A stretch of 64,000 bases of DNA from the human T2T-CHM13v2.0 reference genome, Homo sapiens: NCBI RefSeq assembly GCF_009914755.1, contig NC_060931.1. One strand, 5' to 3'. Positions 15,255 to 29,710 of this stretch are shown here, one piece after another; positions within the stretch are counted from its first letter, which is position 1, and every line of letters starts with the position of its first letter. Under the pieces are notes generated by a model. It did not search any database, was not told where the DNA came from, and saw nothing but the letters and a program-made list of their open reading frames with translations. The position numbers and the translations under genes are program-made.

Positions 15255-16300
15255 ATGTATTCATTAATTTATTCAACATATATTTATGAGCTAGAAATCA
15301 ATTATGTACTTGGGATACAGCTATAAAAAACATATAACATCTATTTTTGTGGAGCTGACATTGTAGAAGAATGAAAGAAATATGAAACAGAAGGTGAATA
15401 AGTTAGACAATTGCTTTATACAATAGAAAGCAATAAGCACCATGTAAATTAGGGAGCAAAGAAACAAAATTGTGGAGGATGGTGGTGCATGGGGGTTTGT
15501 AGCTGGAAATAAGGTGTTACTGCATTGAGAGTTAGGGTACTGAGAAAAAGTATAAAGGAGATGAAATAAGTTAACCAAGTGGACATCTGTGGTTCAAGAA
15601 GAGGAAACACCCAGTAGACATTCAAAGCCTCTAGCAAATGCAAAGAGGTCTGTGTGTCTACAACAGTGATCCAGGAGGGGTGTAGTGGGAACTGAGGACA
15701 GATATGTACAGGGAAATACATTATAAAAGGCTTGTTTGCAGATGATATGGAAATTAGCTTTTACATTGAATGAAAAGGAGAACCATTAAAAGGGTTAAAG
15801 CATTGAGGGGACATGTAACTTAGACAAAGGATTAAATTAGATGCTGTATCAAAAGTACATTGCAGCAAAATAACTTGGCAAGAGTTTATCAAAGCAAGCC
15901 AAGTTATCTATAAGGGGATTTATACAAGGCTAATACACGATAAAAATTGGAAGAACGTTCAAATTACGGATATATGTCAAAAGCAGGCATAAAGGATTTT
16001 ATGTAGGTTATATGTGGGTCGTCAGAAAAATAGAAGGGCCGAGGTTAACTCTGAAATACTTGCCTTGATCAACTAAAGTTACTAATATGTGGAAGTTTAT
16101 TAGGGAATATTAAGATAGTGCCAGTTTGAGAGAGTGCAAGTTTAAGATAGTGCAAGTTTGAGAGAGGGATAGCTGAAGATATAAAGTGAGGTGTAACTGC
16201 AAATATGTGGTATTTAAAGCCATAAAAGTAGATTTCAGGAGAATGAGTGCAGTCTCAATCCAAAGAGGACCAAAAGGGGCATAAGAGGAAGGTTGGAGGT
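15255..16300 (-). mobile_element. L2 LINE 3' portion
   Basis: ttcattaatttattcaacatatatttatgag...tgggatacag...ggagctgacattgtag is the antisense L2 3' end. Confidence 0.75.
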
Positions 16301-16529
16301 CTGCAAAATTAACTCACAGCAGTCCTTTAATCATCTCTACATAAATCCATGACTACAACAAACAAAATATAAAAATCACTGATTTGTATAAGATCCTAAT
16401 TTTACTCATGAACAAAATGAAAGAAGGGTAAGATTATTTAAGTATCTAATATAAAAATGGCAATAGAGCTCAGAAAAAATGCCTCAGCTAGTTGACTAAT
16501 GATTTTGGAACTACTTGTAAAACAAGAGG

Positions 16530-18648
16530 CGAAATGGCATGGCTCTTTGTCCCCACCCAAATCTCATCTTGTAGTTTGTATAATTCCCACATGTTGTGGG
16601 AGGGACACAATGGGAGATAATTGTATCATGGGGGTGGGTCTTTCCCATGATGTTCTCATGAGAGTAAATGGGTCTCACGAGAACTGCTGGTTTTAAAAAT
16701 GGGAGTCTCCCTATACAAGGTCTTTTTTTTTTTTTTTGGCCTGCCACCATCCATACAAGATGTGACTTGCTCCTCCTTGCCTTCCGCCATGATTGTGAGG
16801 CCTCCCTAGCCATGTAGAACTGTAAGTCCATTAAAGCTCTTTCCACACACCCTCCCCCCTACCAGTCTTGGGTATGTCTTTATTAGCAGCATGAAAACGG
16901 ACTAAAACGTAAATTGGTACCAGTAGAGTGGGGCACTGCTGAAAAGATACCTGGAAATGTGGAAGCAACTTTGGGACTGGGAAACAGGCAGAGATTAGAA
17001 TAGTTTGGAAGCCTCAGAAGACAACAAGAAAATGTGGGAAAGTTTGCAACTCCCTAGAAAATTGTTGAATGGCTTTGACCAAAATACTGATAGCTATATG
17101 GACAATAAGGTCTAGGCTGAGGTGGTCTCAGATGGAGATGAGAAACTTCTTGGGAACTGTAGCAAAGGTGTCTCTTGTTATGTTTTAACAAAGAGACTGG
17201 CAGCATTTTGCCCTGGCCTAGAAGTTCGTGGAACTTTGAACTTGACAGAGATGATTTAGGGCACCTGGCAGAAGAAATTTCTAAGCAGCACAGCATTCAA
17301 GAGGTGACTTGGGTGCTATTAAAGGCATTCTGTTTCAAATGGGAAACACAGCATAAAAGTTTGGAAAATTTGCAGACTGAAAAGGCAAATAGAAACGAAA
17401 ATCCCATTTTCTGAGAATAAATTCAAGCTGGCTGCAGAAAATTGCATACGTAATAAGGACCTGAATGTTAATCATCAAGACAATTGGGAAAATGTCTCCA
17501 GGGCATTTCAGAGACCTTTGCTGCAGCCCCTCCCATAACAGACCCAGAGGCCTAGGAAGAAAAAGTGGTTTCATGGGCTGGGCCTAGGGTCCCTGTCCTG
17601 TGCACAGCCTAGGGACTTGGTGCCTGCATCCCAGCAGCTCTAACTGTGGCTGAAAGGGCCTCTGTAGAGCCCAGTCCATGGCCTCAGAGGGTGCAAGCCT
17701 CAGTGCTTGGCAGCTTCCATGTAGTGTTGAGCCTGCAAATGCACAGAAGTCAAGAATTGATGTTTGGGAGCCTCCACCCAGATTTCAGAATATGTATGGA
17801 AACACCTAGATGCCCAGGCAGAAGTTTGCTGTAGGAGTGGAATCCTCATGGAGAACCTCTACTAGGAGAGTGCAGAAGGCAAATGTGGAGTGGGAACCCC
17901 CATACAGAGTCCCTACTGGGGCAGTGTCTAATGGAGATGTGAGTAGAGGGCCACCATCCTCTAGACCCCAGAATGGTAGATCCACTGACAGCTTGCACTG
18001 TGCACCTGGAAAAGCCATAAACATCAATGCCAGCCCATGAAAGCAGCCTAGAGGAGGACTGTACCCTGCAAAGCCACAGGGGCAGAGCTTCTCAAGACCA
18101 TGGGAACCCACCTCTTGCATCAGCGTGACCTGGATGTGAGACATGGAGTCAAAGGAGATTATTTTGGAGCTTTAAGATTTACTGCCTTCTGGATTTTGGA
18201 TTTGTATGGGGCCTTTAGTGCCTTTGTTTTAGCCAATTTCTCCCATTTGGAACAGCTGTATTTACCCAAAGCCTGTACACCCATTATATCTAGGAAGTAA
18301 CTAACTTGCTTTTGATTTTACAAGCTCATAGGCAGAAAGGACTTGCCTTGTCTTGAGTTAATGCTGAAATGAGTTAAGACTTTGGGAGACTGTTTGGAAG
18401 GCATGATTGGTTTTGAAATGTGAATATATGAGATTTGAGAGGGGCCAGTGGCAGAATGATATGGGTTGGCTCTGTGTCCCCACCCAAATCTTATCTTGTA
18501 TATTCTATAATTTCCATGTGTTGTGGGAGGGACCCAGTGGGAGATAATTGAATCACGGGAGCAGGTCTTTCCTGTGCTGTTCTCATGATAGTGAATGGAT
18601 CTCATGAGATCTGATGGTTTTAAAAATAAGAGTCCCCCTGCACAAGCT

Positions 18649-18691
<43 letters not shown>

Positions 18692-18853
18692 TTTTGCCTG
18701 CCTCCATCCATGTAAGATGTGACATACTCCTCCTTGCCTTCTGCCATAACTGTGAGGCTCCCCCAGCTATGTGGAACTGTAAGCCCATTAAACCTCTTTT
18801 TCTTCCCTGTCTTGGGTATGTCTTTATCAGCAGCATGAAAACAGACTAATACA
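16530..18853 (+). mobile_element. Full THE1 (THE1A/B-like) MaLR element: LTR 16530-16908, internal, LTR 18457-18853
   Basis: Two homologous LTRs, internal begins gtaaattggtaccag, purine tract before 3' LTR, TSD AGAGG/AGAAG. Confidence 0.95.
18648..18695 (+). repeat. (TTTA)n microsatellite inside THE1 3' LTR
   Basis: About 11 TTTA units read directly. Confidence 0.95.
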
Positions 18854-20432
18854 AGAAGGTAGAAGTTATCAAGTATTTTTCATGGAAGATCCCAAAAGAC
18901 AGATGTATACATTTATCAAAAAATTAATTACAGTCTTTCCTATGCTAATTAATTAAACACAGACTTTGAAAGTTGAAATATTCTTACATATAACCAATAT
19001 TCTTAAGAAAATTCAAAACTATTGTATTGAGGGAATATAAAGTGTGTAAATTCAATATATTTCATCACACACTCTTAACCATTTCTGTTCAGTAATGGAA
19101 GAAGTAGAAATAATTTTATTGGAAGTTTATAGGAAAGAAATCTATACAAAGTCTTAGCCAATGATAGTTTAATTATTTTTTATAGAATCATTTATGGAAC
19201 TTCTGGTAGACTCTAATGCTTAAACTTCTAATTTCCTCTTTCATGTATTAGATTAAAATATTTTGCTATAAAATATTCTATCTTTGAATACAAATATATT
19301 CAAAGAGCTCCAAGGTATGAGAGGCTCCCCTTTTTATCTTTGAATACAAAGATAAATCCTCCAGATAAAATATTTCAAGTTTATACAAAAGCTTTTTTTA
19401 TTGAAGGATTCAATAATATCTTCCCAACTTTATAAATAACATCATTTCACACACTGTTGGATTTCAGCTTCTATTAAGTTGCTAGACATCGCCATCAGGC
19501 AGTAATTCTCAGACTCCAAAAATACTAATCCCATATCTTATTTAGTGAACTGGGATCATAAATATATGGAGCATGTTCACTATGGTGCTTCAGGCAATAC
19601 GTAACCAATAAATTGCAAGCAATGATCTTATTCTCAGGTGTAAATATCTGCCTTTAGATGAATGCATTTGAAAGTATATACTAGATAATATTTTCCATTC
19701 TTTATTGGGTAATTGTGTTATATTCCCAAAGTGATATAAATGCTTCTATCTTATTTCCATTTACAGACATGATTCTGTTTCTAGAGTCCTAAGATCAACA
19801 TTAAGCTTCTAAGGAAACCACACAGCAATTGATAACTTACAGTCCTGGAGAATGGTTGTATGCAACCATCACTACTCAGTTCAGTAGGATTCTATTGTGA
19901 AATCCCTAGTAATATGACTTCTCTGATCTGCCAGTACTTTTCGTAATTTAGAATGAGCACTTCAGTATTGATTTTATTAAAAATCTCCTACATCAAATAT
20001 GTCAATTGGTGGGAATGGCAACAAAGTTAAATGCACTACACCCAAGGTAGAAAAGGAGAAATCTTACTTATTACCTCCAATTTGCCTCCTTGATATTTGC
20101 AGATTCCTCTATCTGAGAACCATGTGTGTGTATGGGAGTGCAATGTCATTACTTTTAGTACTTCTTTCACTACTCAACGCAAGTATTAAATGTTATTGTA
20201 CTCTTATTTAACTCTCATGTGTAATACATTTGTCTTTCCTACATTATCACATCATGTTTTCATTGTTTCATGCCACCTTTGCTACAGTACCATTTCTGTT
20301 TCTATTTTTAAAATGTGCTTCATTACTATGCTCTCGTGTTTTAATACAGCTGGTCCCCTTTTAGTTATCAAGTTTCACACTGAGTTCCAAACAAAGAGGC
20401 TGGAGGAAAGTAGATATGCGACTTATTCTTAG

Positions 20433-20647
20433 ATTTTTTTTTTAAATTGATACAAAGTATTTTACATATTCATGGATACGGGTATTTCTTACATTCATAA
20501 TGTGTGTAATGATCATGTCAGGGTATTTGGAATACCCATCACCTTGAGTATTTATCATGTCTATGTGTTGGTAACATTTTAAGTTCTCTCTTCTAGTGGT
20601 TTTGGAATATACAATATATTATTGCTAATTATAGTCACCCGACTCTG
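20433..20647 (-). mobile_element. Short L1MA 3' end
   Basis: T-run then aattgatacaaagtattttacatattcatgg...aatgatcatgtcagggtatttgg. Confidence 0.8.
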
Positions 20648-21499
20648 ATTGTTTTTTAACACTAGTGTTCTTGGGTCTCTGAACCATTGGGTAATTTTTT
20701 AAAATTAAGTCATTTTTGTTTCATGTAACGCTTGGTGTCAATTTTTTTAAAAAAACAGTAATGATATATTTCTTCTAATTTAAAAATGGTGCTTCACAGA
20801 TAAAATGTGTAATTCTTATTTTGTCCTCTACCATTTTCCCCCTCCTGTTTGTTTTTGTTCTTTGTTTTTAATGATATTGCCACTAGCTGGTTTAGACACT
20901 ATTTTGAATGTTTTTATGTAATTCTGTCATTCATATCTTGGGCATATTTCTGAAACTTGGCATCATGTATGTGTGGTTTGTGAGGTGGAGGGGTGATAAA
21001 ATAGATTGTTTTTATGAGGTATTTCAATTTTTTATTTTCTTTAATATAAAAATTTAGACACCACTTAGTTCAAAACTCTCATAATGGGTTAAGTGAGGTG
21101 TAGTTACTGCTCTAGGGCCACTGAGATATTTACTAGAAAATACAAAAGCTGCACTTTGGTTTTCTTGCTTTTAGTAAATGCTTTTTTATATTTCACTATG
21201 ATGAACTCATTTTAGATTATTAGAGTTACAAAGATGCATTATTTCTGTTTGCTCTGCAAAAGAAAAATGTGGGTAAAATCCAGTGTCTCTTCTGTTCTGA
21301 AAACTAAGGGCAAATTGAGAATGGGAAAACAATGGGCAGGAGACTGGTCAAGTATAATAAAAAGCAGCAGATCACAACCATCAGAAAGAAGGAAAAATGT
21401 TAAAAATGTGAAGAAAATTAAATTTTGACATTTGTTTTTAGAGAAAGTTTTAGTTTGTAAATTTTGACTCTGGATTATAAAGTTTTGTTTTGCTTTGCT

Positions 21500-21915
21500 T
21501 TTAATCTTTTATTTTAAAATACTTGACAAATAAAAATTCGATGTGTTAAAGGTGTACAATGTGATAATTTTATTTACATAAACACTATTTAATAATTACC
21601 ACAATCAATTTACTCAACACATTCATCACCACCCATGCTACACAGTAGATACCCAGAACTTTTTTCATCTAGTTACTGAAAGTTTGTACCCTTCGACAAA
21701 CATCTCCTGATTTGCTCCATCCCTGTCCCCTGACAACCATTGCTCTAGTCTGTTTCTATAAGTGTGATTTTTAAAAATAATATCCATATGAGTGAAATAA
21801 TACAGTATTTGTCTATACCTGGCTTATTTTATTATATATAATGTTTTCCAGGTCCATCCGTGTTGTTGCAAATGGCAGGACTATCTTCTTTTTCATGGCT
21901 GAGTAATATTGCACT
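21500..21915 (-). mobile_element. L1MA 3' end fragment
   Basis: ttgacaaataaaaatt...ggtgtacaatgtgat...tccatccgtgttgttgcaaatggcagg. Confidence 0.8.
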
Positions 21916-21920
21916 GTGTG

Positions 21921-21951
<31 letters not shown>
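21916..21951 (+). repeat. (TG)n microsatellite
   Basis: About 17 TG units with one CG interruption. Confidence 0.95.
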
Positions 21952-22129
21952 ATTCATCTATTTAGTGATCACAAAATTTTTTCTTTATTCTGAATTTAAA
22001 TGATTGCTTTCCCACTTAGATTTTTACTATTAACCCCCTGTAAGTTCTCTAGATTCCTGGAATTGAACCACTATAAAAGTATAATTTTCATAGATTTTGT
22101 TTGCTGATCTTTTGCCCCAGAGTTTTTCC

Positions 22130-22248
22130 ATTTGTTTTTAATAATGAGATTGTGCCCCACACTTTGTTGTCAAGGTAACTCTGGGTTCATAAAATGAGTT
22201 TAAAAGCATTTTCTCTTTCTCTGTCACTCTTTAGGTTTAAAAGTGTGT

Positions 22249-22290
<42 letters not shown>

Positions 22291-23225
22291 CCTCTCTGTC
22301 TCTCATTATCTGGAAGAAATAGAGTAAGACTGGTGCTTTCCAAAACATTTAGAAGAATTCCCAAAAGAAATTACCTGGAGCAATATATTTGTTTCTCTTT
22401 CTTAAGTATAGGTTTCAGTTCCTCTATGATTACAACAGCTTTTGTATTTTTAAATTTATCCACATGTGTGTTTTAGTAAATGTACTTTCCTAGACATCCA
22501 TACATTTATATTTATTTATATAATCAAATTTAGATGACAAAATTATTTAAAATAGTCTCAGGATTTTTGAAGTCAAGAATCTGTAATAATGTCCAACTTT
22601 TAAATTCTTCATGTGGGTTATTCTCTCCGTTTCATTGATAAGTTCTAATAACAGAATTTATCAGTTCTATTAATGTTTTCAAAGCATCAGCTTGCAGCCT
22701 TATTGTTCTATTGGTTGTATATTTGTTTGTGGTTCCTTAATTTCTACCCTTATCTGTATTATTTCTTTCTTTCTGCTTTCTTTAGCTTTAATTTGTTGTT
22801 TTTGCAAACTTTATGAGAAGGCTCCTTAATTCATTTGTTGTTAACCTTTCTTCTTTATTTGTATATAGATTTTAGGCTATGCATTTCCATATATGCATAG
22901 TTTCGGCTTCATCCAACCTGCTTTGAAATGATTAATTTTGTATCACTTTAAGTTTCAAATTATTTTCTAATTTCCAATGTAATTTCTTCTATTATACATG
23001 GATTCATTAGAAGATTAATATTTCCTAATATTTGTGGATTTTATAAATTTCTTATCATTGCTCATTTCTAGCTAACTTGCAGAATTCGCAGAACATATAC
23101 TATGTATAAATTTGTAGTTTTGTCAGATTTACTTTATGCCCTTGAGCATGTTTTATTAGAGTAAATCACCCATTATCACTTAAACAAAAAGTGTACTCTG
23201 CTGCCCTTAGATGTGGCATTTTCAT
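22130..23225 (-). mobile_element. Old L1M ORF2 fragment containing a (TC)n tract at ~22251-22302
   Basis: Antisense ORF2-like text (gtcaaggtaactctgggttcataaaatgagtt...). Confidence 0.6.
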
Positions 23226-23484
23226 ATGTTTTTCATTTGTTTATTCATTCTTCCTATCCTACTATCCTCATCAGAATATACAGTGTTTCAAGAACAGACT
23301 ACAAAATTTATTAGTGGAGTGCTACATATTGAAGAAGCCCCCTTTTGGCTCACCTAAGAGGACAAAATATAAACATGAACCTAACAATAGTGTTTAATAG
23401 TTGCTTGCAACCAGTACAGATACATACTTTTAAAACAGAAAGTATAAAATAGGTTCTAATAATTTGCTAGGTTAATAGCTAGGA

Positions 23485-25110
23485 TTTTTGAAAACTGATA
23501 AATAAAAATTTATATATGTTTATCATCTATAACATGTTGTTTTGAAATATGTATACATTGTGAAATGGCTAAATCAAGCTAATTAACATATCCATTACCT
23601 CACCAGTTCATTATTTGTGAGGTAAAAACACTTAAAATATACTCTCTTAATAATTTTCAATACAATTATTGTTATTAACTATAGTCACTATGTTGTACAA
23701 TAGATCACTTGCACTTATTCTTCCTACGTAACTGAGATTTTGTTCCTTTGACCAATATCTTCCCCATCCCCCTTCCACCTCCAGCCTCTGGTAACCACCA
23801 TTCTACTCTCTACTGCTATGGAGTTCAATTATTTTACACTTCACATATAAATGAAATATAGTGCTGTCTGTCTTTCTGTGCCTCTTTTATTTCACTTAAC
23901 AAAATGTCCTTCAGGTTCATCCATGTTGCCCAAACGACAGAGTTTCTTTTTTAAAGCTGAATAATATTCCATTGTGTATATATCCACATTTTATTTATCT
24001 GTTCATTCACTGATGGACACTTGTGTTGTTTCCATATCTTGACTGTTGTGAATAATCCTGCAATGAAAATCGGAGTGCAGACATCTCCTCTACATACTGC
24101 TTTCATTTCCTTGGGATATATCCAGGAGGGAGGTTGCTGGATCATATGGTAGTTCTGTTTTTAATTTATTTTAGGAAACTCCAAATCATTTTCCATAATG
24201 GATAACTTAATTTACATTCCCATCGATAATGTGCAGGGTTCCTTTTTTTCTACATCTTCTCCAATACTTGTTAATTTTTGTCTTTTTGATAATAGCCATT
24301 CTAATAAGTGTGAGGTGATTATCTCACTGTGGTTTTAATTTGTATTTTCCTGATGATTAGTGTTATCGAGCATTTTTCATATATCTGTTGCCCATTTGTA
24401 TGTTTTCTTTTAATAAATGTCTATTCCAATTATTTGACTCTCTTTTTAACTGGGTTATTTGGTTTTTTTACTTCTATTGAGTTGAATTTCTTATATATTT
24501 TGGATACTGGCCCTGTATCAAATGTAGATTTGATAATATTTTCTCCCATTCCATGGGTTATTACTTCATTCTGCTGAATGTTTCATTGGCTGTGAAAATA
24601 CATTTTTGTTCAATACAATCCTATTTACCTACATTTTATTTTGTTGCCTATGCTTCTTAGTTCATCTCTGAAAATCATTGCCCAGACAAATATCATATGT
24701 TGTATTCTACTAACGTTGTACTTAACAAGTCACACCTTTAAGTCTTTAATGCATTTTGAGGTGTTTTTTCATATGGCGTGAGATAAGGGTTAAATGTCAT
24801 TCTTCTGCCTGTGGATATTTAGTAGTTCCAACATTTAATGAAGAGACTATCGTTTTCCCATTATGTGCTCTTGACACCTTTGTCAGAAATCAGTTGGCTG
24901 TAAATGCATGGTTTTACAGGCATTTTTATTGCATTTAATCCCTATCATCAGATCATGTTGAGTAGGCATGGACATCTTAACAATTAAGTCTTCCAACTAA
25001 TGAACATGAGATATCTTTCCATTTATTTGTGTCTTCTTCCATTTCTTTCATAAATGTTTTATAGTTTTCTCTGCAGTGATGTTTCACCTTCGTGGCTAAA
25101 TTTATGACAC
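23485..25110 (-). mobile_element. L1MA (MA6/7-like) 3' portion
   Basis: tttgaaatatgtatacattgtgaaatggctaaatcaagctaattaacata; ORF2 C-terminal remnant IYPKEMKAVCRGDVCTPIFIAGLFT. Confidence 0.85.
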
Positions 25111-25443
25111 AATATTTTCTGTATTAGATCAAGTTTAATGTTTTTCAAAATTTTTATAAACTTGATTATTGTTGATTTATTTTCTTAGTTACTGAGTTTT
25201 ATCAAAATCGTTTATATAATTGTGGAATTCTCCTCTTAGTTATGCTAATTTTTGGTTTCCACATTTAAATCTATATTATTAAGTATAAAATTTAGAATTA
25301 TTATATCTTCTTGATAGTTTGATTTTAGTCATTGAAAAGTGTTGCTTATTATCTCAGTAGTTCCCCTTATCTTAAAATTTACTTTGTTTGTATTTATATA
25401 GCTATAGAGCAACTATATTTGAGATCATATTGGTTGTATGTCA

Positions 25444-25801
<358 letters not shown>

Positions 25802-26995
25802 TTAGCAGCATATATTTTAAAATTAACCTGGTAACCTCTTACTTTAGTTGCAGCTCACATGTGTGCTAAATAATTAATCATATAATGCTGGTTTAAATAT
25901 ATCCCTCTACCTTTTTTTTTCCCTATTTTTGCTATCAGTTCTATCTTCTTTTTTTCCATTTCTTTGTCTTCTGCTAGATTAATACCGTATTTTTTCAACT
26001 TGTCACTTTTCATGCTTAACTCCTTTATGATACATTCCTTTACTCTTGTTTTTATTATTACCTTAGAAATTACTACATTTGCTATTAATTCATTAGATTG
26101 TTTGACTATTTGATTATTAAATAAATGAACAATTTTACACTTTCACAGAGTAAGGACTTTTTATAATATTTTAACTTCAATTAACCTCTACCTTCAATAG
26201 TTTTTTTCATGTTATGTATTTAATGATTGGTACATTTTAAAGCTCATCAGTTTTTCAGGTCATTTTATAAATTCAATATTTATATATTAGCCATATATTT
26301 ACACTTTTTGTTGAAAATCACTTTCTTGAATATCTTTGGTTTTACCTTATATCATATGCTTTTTGTCTGAAGAATGATTTTTAAGGTTTCTTTTAAATGT
26401 GACTCTATGCTAATGAGTAATCTTTTTTATTCTTCATCTAAAAATGTCTTTATTTTCCATTGATTTGTGAAGGATATTTTCAGTAGTAATATAATCCCGC
26501 ATTGGCTATTTTTTTTCAAATAACATTTTCTTATCTTGTCTATTGTTTCTTTCGAGAAGACAGACAGTCTCATTGTTGGTTCTGTAAAGGAGTTGTTGTA
26601 TTTTATTTTATTCACTGTTTCTCATATTCTTTTCCTGTCTTGGATCTTTAGCAGATTTCTTATGATGTATAAAGAATGATATTATTTATAGTTATACTAT
26701 TTGGCTTTCACAGTACTTCTTGGATGTTTAGCTTAATGTCTTTTATCGATTTTGGAAAACTCTATGCTTTTCTCTCTTCAAATATATATTTTTGCCATTC
26801 TCCCTTTGACTTTTCTCAAGACCTCTTATTACATATATGTTATATTCTATTTAAAACAGTTTTTATACTTTTAATCTTTTTAATTTATTTTGTTATTCAC
26901 ATTTTTACTTAGTTTTGGTTTTAAAATGTCTGGTACATTTGAATTCATTGATGGGTTCAATATTTTATGTTATTTTCCTCATATTTTCTTGGGCT

Positions 26996-27346
26996 TGCTG
27001 TGGATTGAAAGTTTGTTTTGCCCCAAAATTAATACGTTTAATCCTAATTCTGAATGTGATGGTATTGGACAAAAGGCCTGTTGGAAATAATGAGGTTATG
27101 TAGGTGGAGCCCTCATGAATGAAATTAATGACCCTATAAGAAAAAGCGGGAGAGAGAGATAATCTCTCACTTTACTATGTGAAGATAGGGCAAGAGGCAG
27201 CCATCTGCAAACAAGGAAGAGAGCCCTCACAAGGAAGCAAATCAGTCAGAACCTTGATCTGGAATTTTCCAGCCTCCAGAAGTGTGAAAAATAAATATTT
27301 TTTGTTTAAACTACTCAGTCTATGATAGGAGCCAATCTAAAAAGGA
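26996..27346 (+). mobile_element. MLT1A-type MaLR solo LTR
   Basis: tgctgtggattgaaagtttg...ggtggagccctcatgaat...ccagcctccagaagtgtgaaaaataaat. Confidence 0.85.
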
Positions 27347-29710
27347 CTTCATCTTTTCAGTTATTTTATAGGAAAATAATAAAGTACTCATCAGGTCTTC
27401 TTTTCTCCCTCCTCCTCCTCCTCTTCTTCTTTTTCCCTCTTCTTCTCTCTTCTTCCCTCTTTTTTCATTTACATCATTTCTATCTTATATTTTATTTCAT
27501 ACTCATATTTATTTTAAAATCTATATCTGATTATTACAGTGTATTTTTCTCTTGCTAGTTTGTTTCTTTTATCTGTTTTATTTATTGGCTTTTGCTTATC
27601 TGTTTTTATATGTTGATAAGACTGGCAATTATTGTGGAATGTTGAAAATTTTTGAAATAATTTGTCTTTGAAAAATAAATTCATAGATAATTTACTCTTC
27701 ATTTTAGGGTGCAGTCGATATAGGAGCATATCATCTCCTCTAAGAGGAACCAAGGGTTGAGATAATTTGAAGCTCAGCTTGGGTCTTTAAAGGAACTGCT
27801 CTAGTTCCAGTCTACCCTCACTCTTATAGAAGGATTCTAACCTAGGAATTCCAGTGTAGGAAATTTTCTCAGGCACCTTCTTCTTTGAAGGACCTTGAAG
27901 TCCAGTTATTCTCAGTCTACTATCAATTGCTTTGGAATTCACTAATACCTCAAGGGAAAAAGCTATTTTATATAGAGAGATCCTCATTTTGTAATTCTTT
28001 TAAGTAGTTGCTGTCCTGAAATTTATATAGTGCCTCAACTCGTGCATTTATTTATTGTGTTGAATATTTTGGCCAACTTGTTAAGATTTGTTTCTTGTTT
28101 GATTTCATGAGAGAATATTTCTGGAACAAGAAAGTTATTCATTTTTATCCTAAATGTCTTCCATTTTTATCTTGACTTGTGCAACTCTGGGCTTGGTCTC
28201 CCGGTATCCATGCTCTAAAAGCGGATGGTTATCAATGTGGCATTTGCTTCTTTCTTCAAATGCCATCAAGTTGAAAGTCACTTTAAGTAACAATCTGTTC
28301 TTCCTATATTTACTTAGTTTGGGCTTTAAAATGTCTAGTGTGTTTGATTTCATTTATGGGTTCAACATTTTATGTTATTTTCTTCATATTTTATTATTTT
28401 TTCCTCTGTTCAGTCAGTTTGTGTCAAAGTATATTTGACATATTACTAGAGACAAAAGGACATTTTAAATATATTAGTTATTTTATTTAAAATATTTTTT
28501 TAAATAGTGGTTATTTTGAAACCTTAAAAATAATAGCTAAAATAGAGAAAAAAATGAAACTTATTATTCAAGAAATTTCTATTCATGAAAGATATTTCTT
28601 GGCTTAAATCTGGAACTGAGCTACATAAAACCATGGAATTATAAAAGTGATAAATGGATCTGTCAATTCCAGATCTACACACCCAATCCACTGATTGTAA
28701 AATTTTAACTTTAATTTTAATATACTTAAAAAATATTATTATATTTTATTCTCTTTCAAATATACTTTGGGCATTTTTCATAGTGTTTTGCTATTATTTG
28801 TGGATTGCTTTTTACATTTTCTTTCTTTAAATATATATTTTTATTCTGCCTCTGATGATTCCAATATGTGAGGTTACCATAAATCTGACTCTCCTCTTGC
28901 TTTTGCTTCCTCTAGGTTTCACTTTTTCTAACTTATTTTTCTTTAATTTTACTTTTTTTCAGTTGTGCCATCAATCACTTTATTTTTAACAATTATAATA
29001 CTTTATGGTCTAGTTTGATATATCTTCCCCCAACAGAGGATATGCATTTGTTTGTAGCAGATAGCTCATGCCACTAATATACAAGAGCATTTTAAATTAA
29101 AATGTTGGTCAGGCATGTTTTCTCAGTACTCAGCTACTGTGAATTTGTGTTGCTGACTCCTTTGTAAGCAGCTCTTTAATTATAAATTCTCAGGTGAGAT
29201 TTTTCACTCCCTTATGTAAATATAAGAAAAAAAGATAAATTCTTATTTTTCATGGATAATTTTCTGGTATTGGGTAGTGAACTGGCCGCTGTGACACAAC
29301 AGAACTGTGAAAGCAGACAGATGTGAAAATGAACCTAATTGCTTTAGAGGCAATATATTGATTATATACTAGGACCTTTCCACTTACAATATCTTTCTGT
29401 AAAAGTGCTCATATGTACATGACAAATGTTTCATTACTTGGAGAAAATAAAGATATACATTTAGATGGCAGAAATGTGTTAAACTTTGACCTATATTGTC
29501 TATTCCTAACAACAAGGCACAAGGCACTGGGAGATAGATACATGGTTATACTTACTGTTTCTTGAAATTCTTTAAACAAAAATATTTGTATATACATAAA
29601 GACACATCTGTAACAAACATATATGAAAGATGCAGAAATATAGGTAAGTTAGTTGTAGAAAAAAGGAAAATGCTTGAGGAGATTTTAAAAATATTAAATT
29701 GACTTTAAAA

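Noticed and set aside
26890-28438. Two ORFs sharing GFKMS..F.FI.GFNILCYF, resembling paralogous membrane peptides
   Set aside because: Explained by the 87-bp DNA duplication; similarity ends at the repeat edges and several changes are non-synonymous
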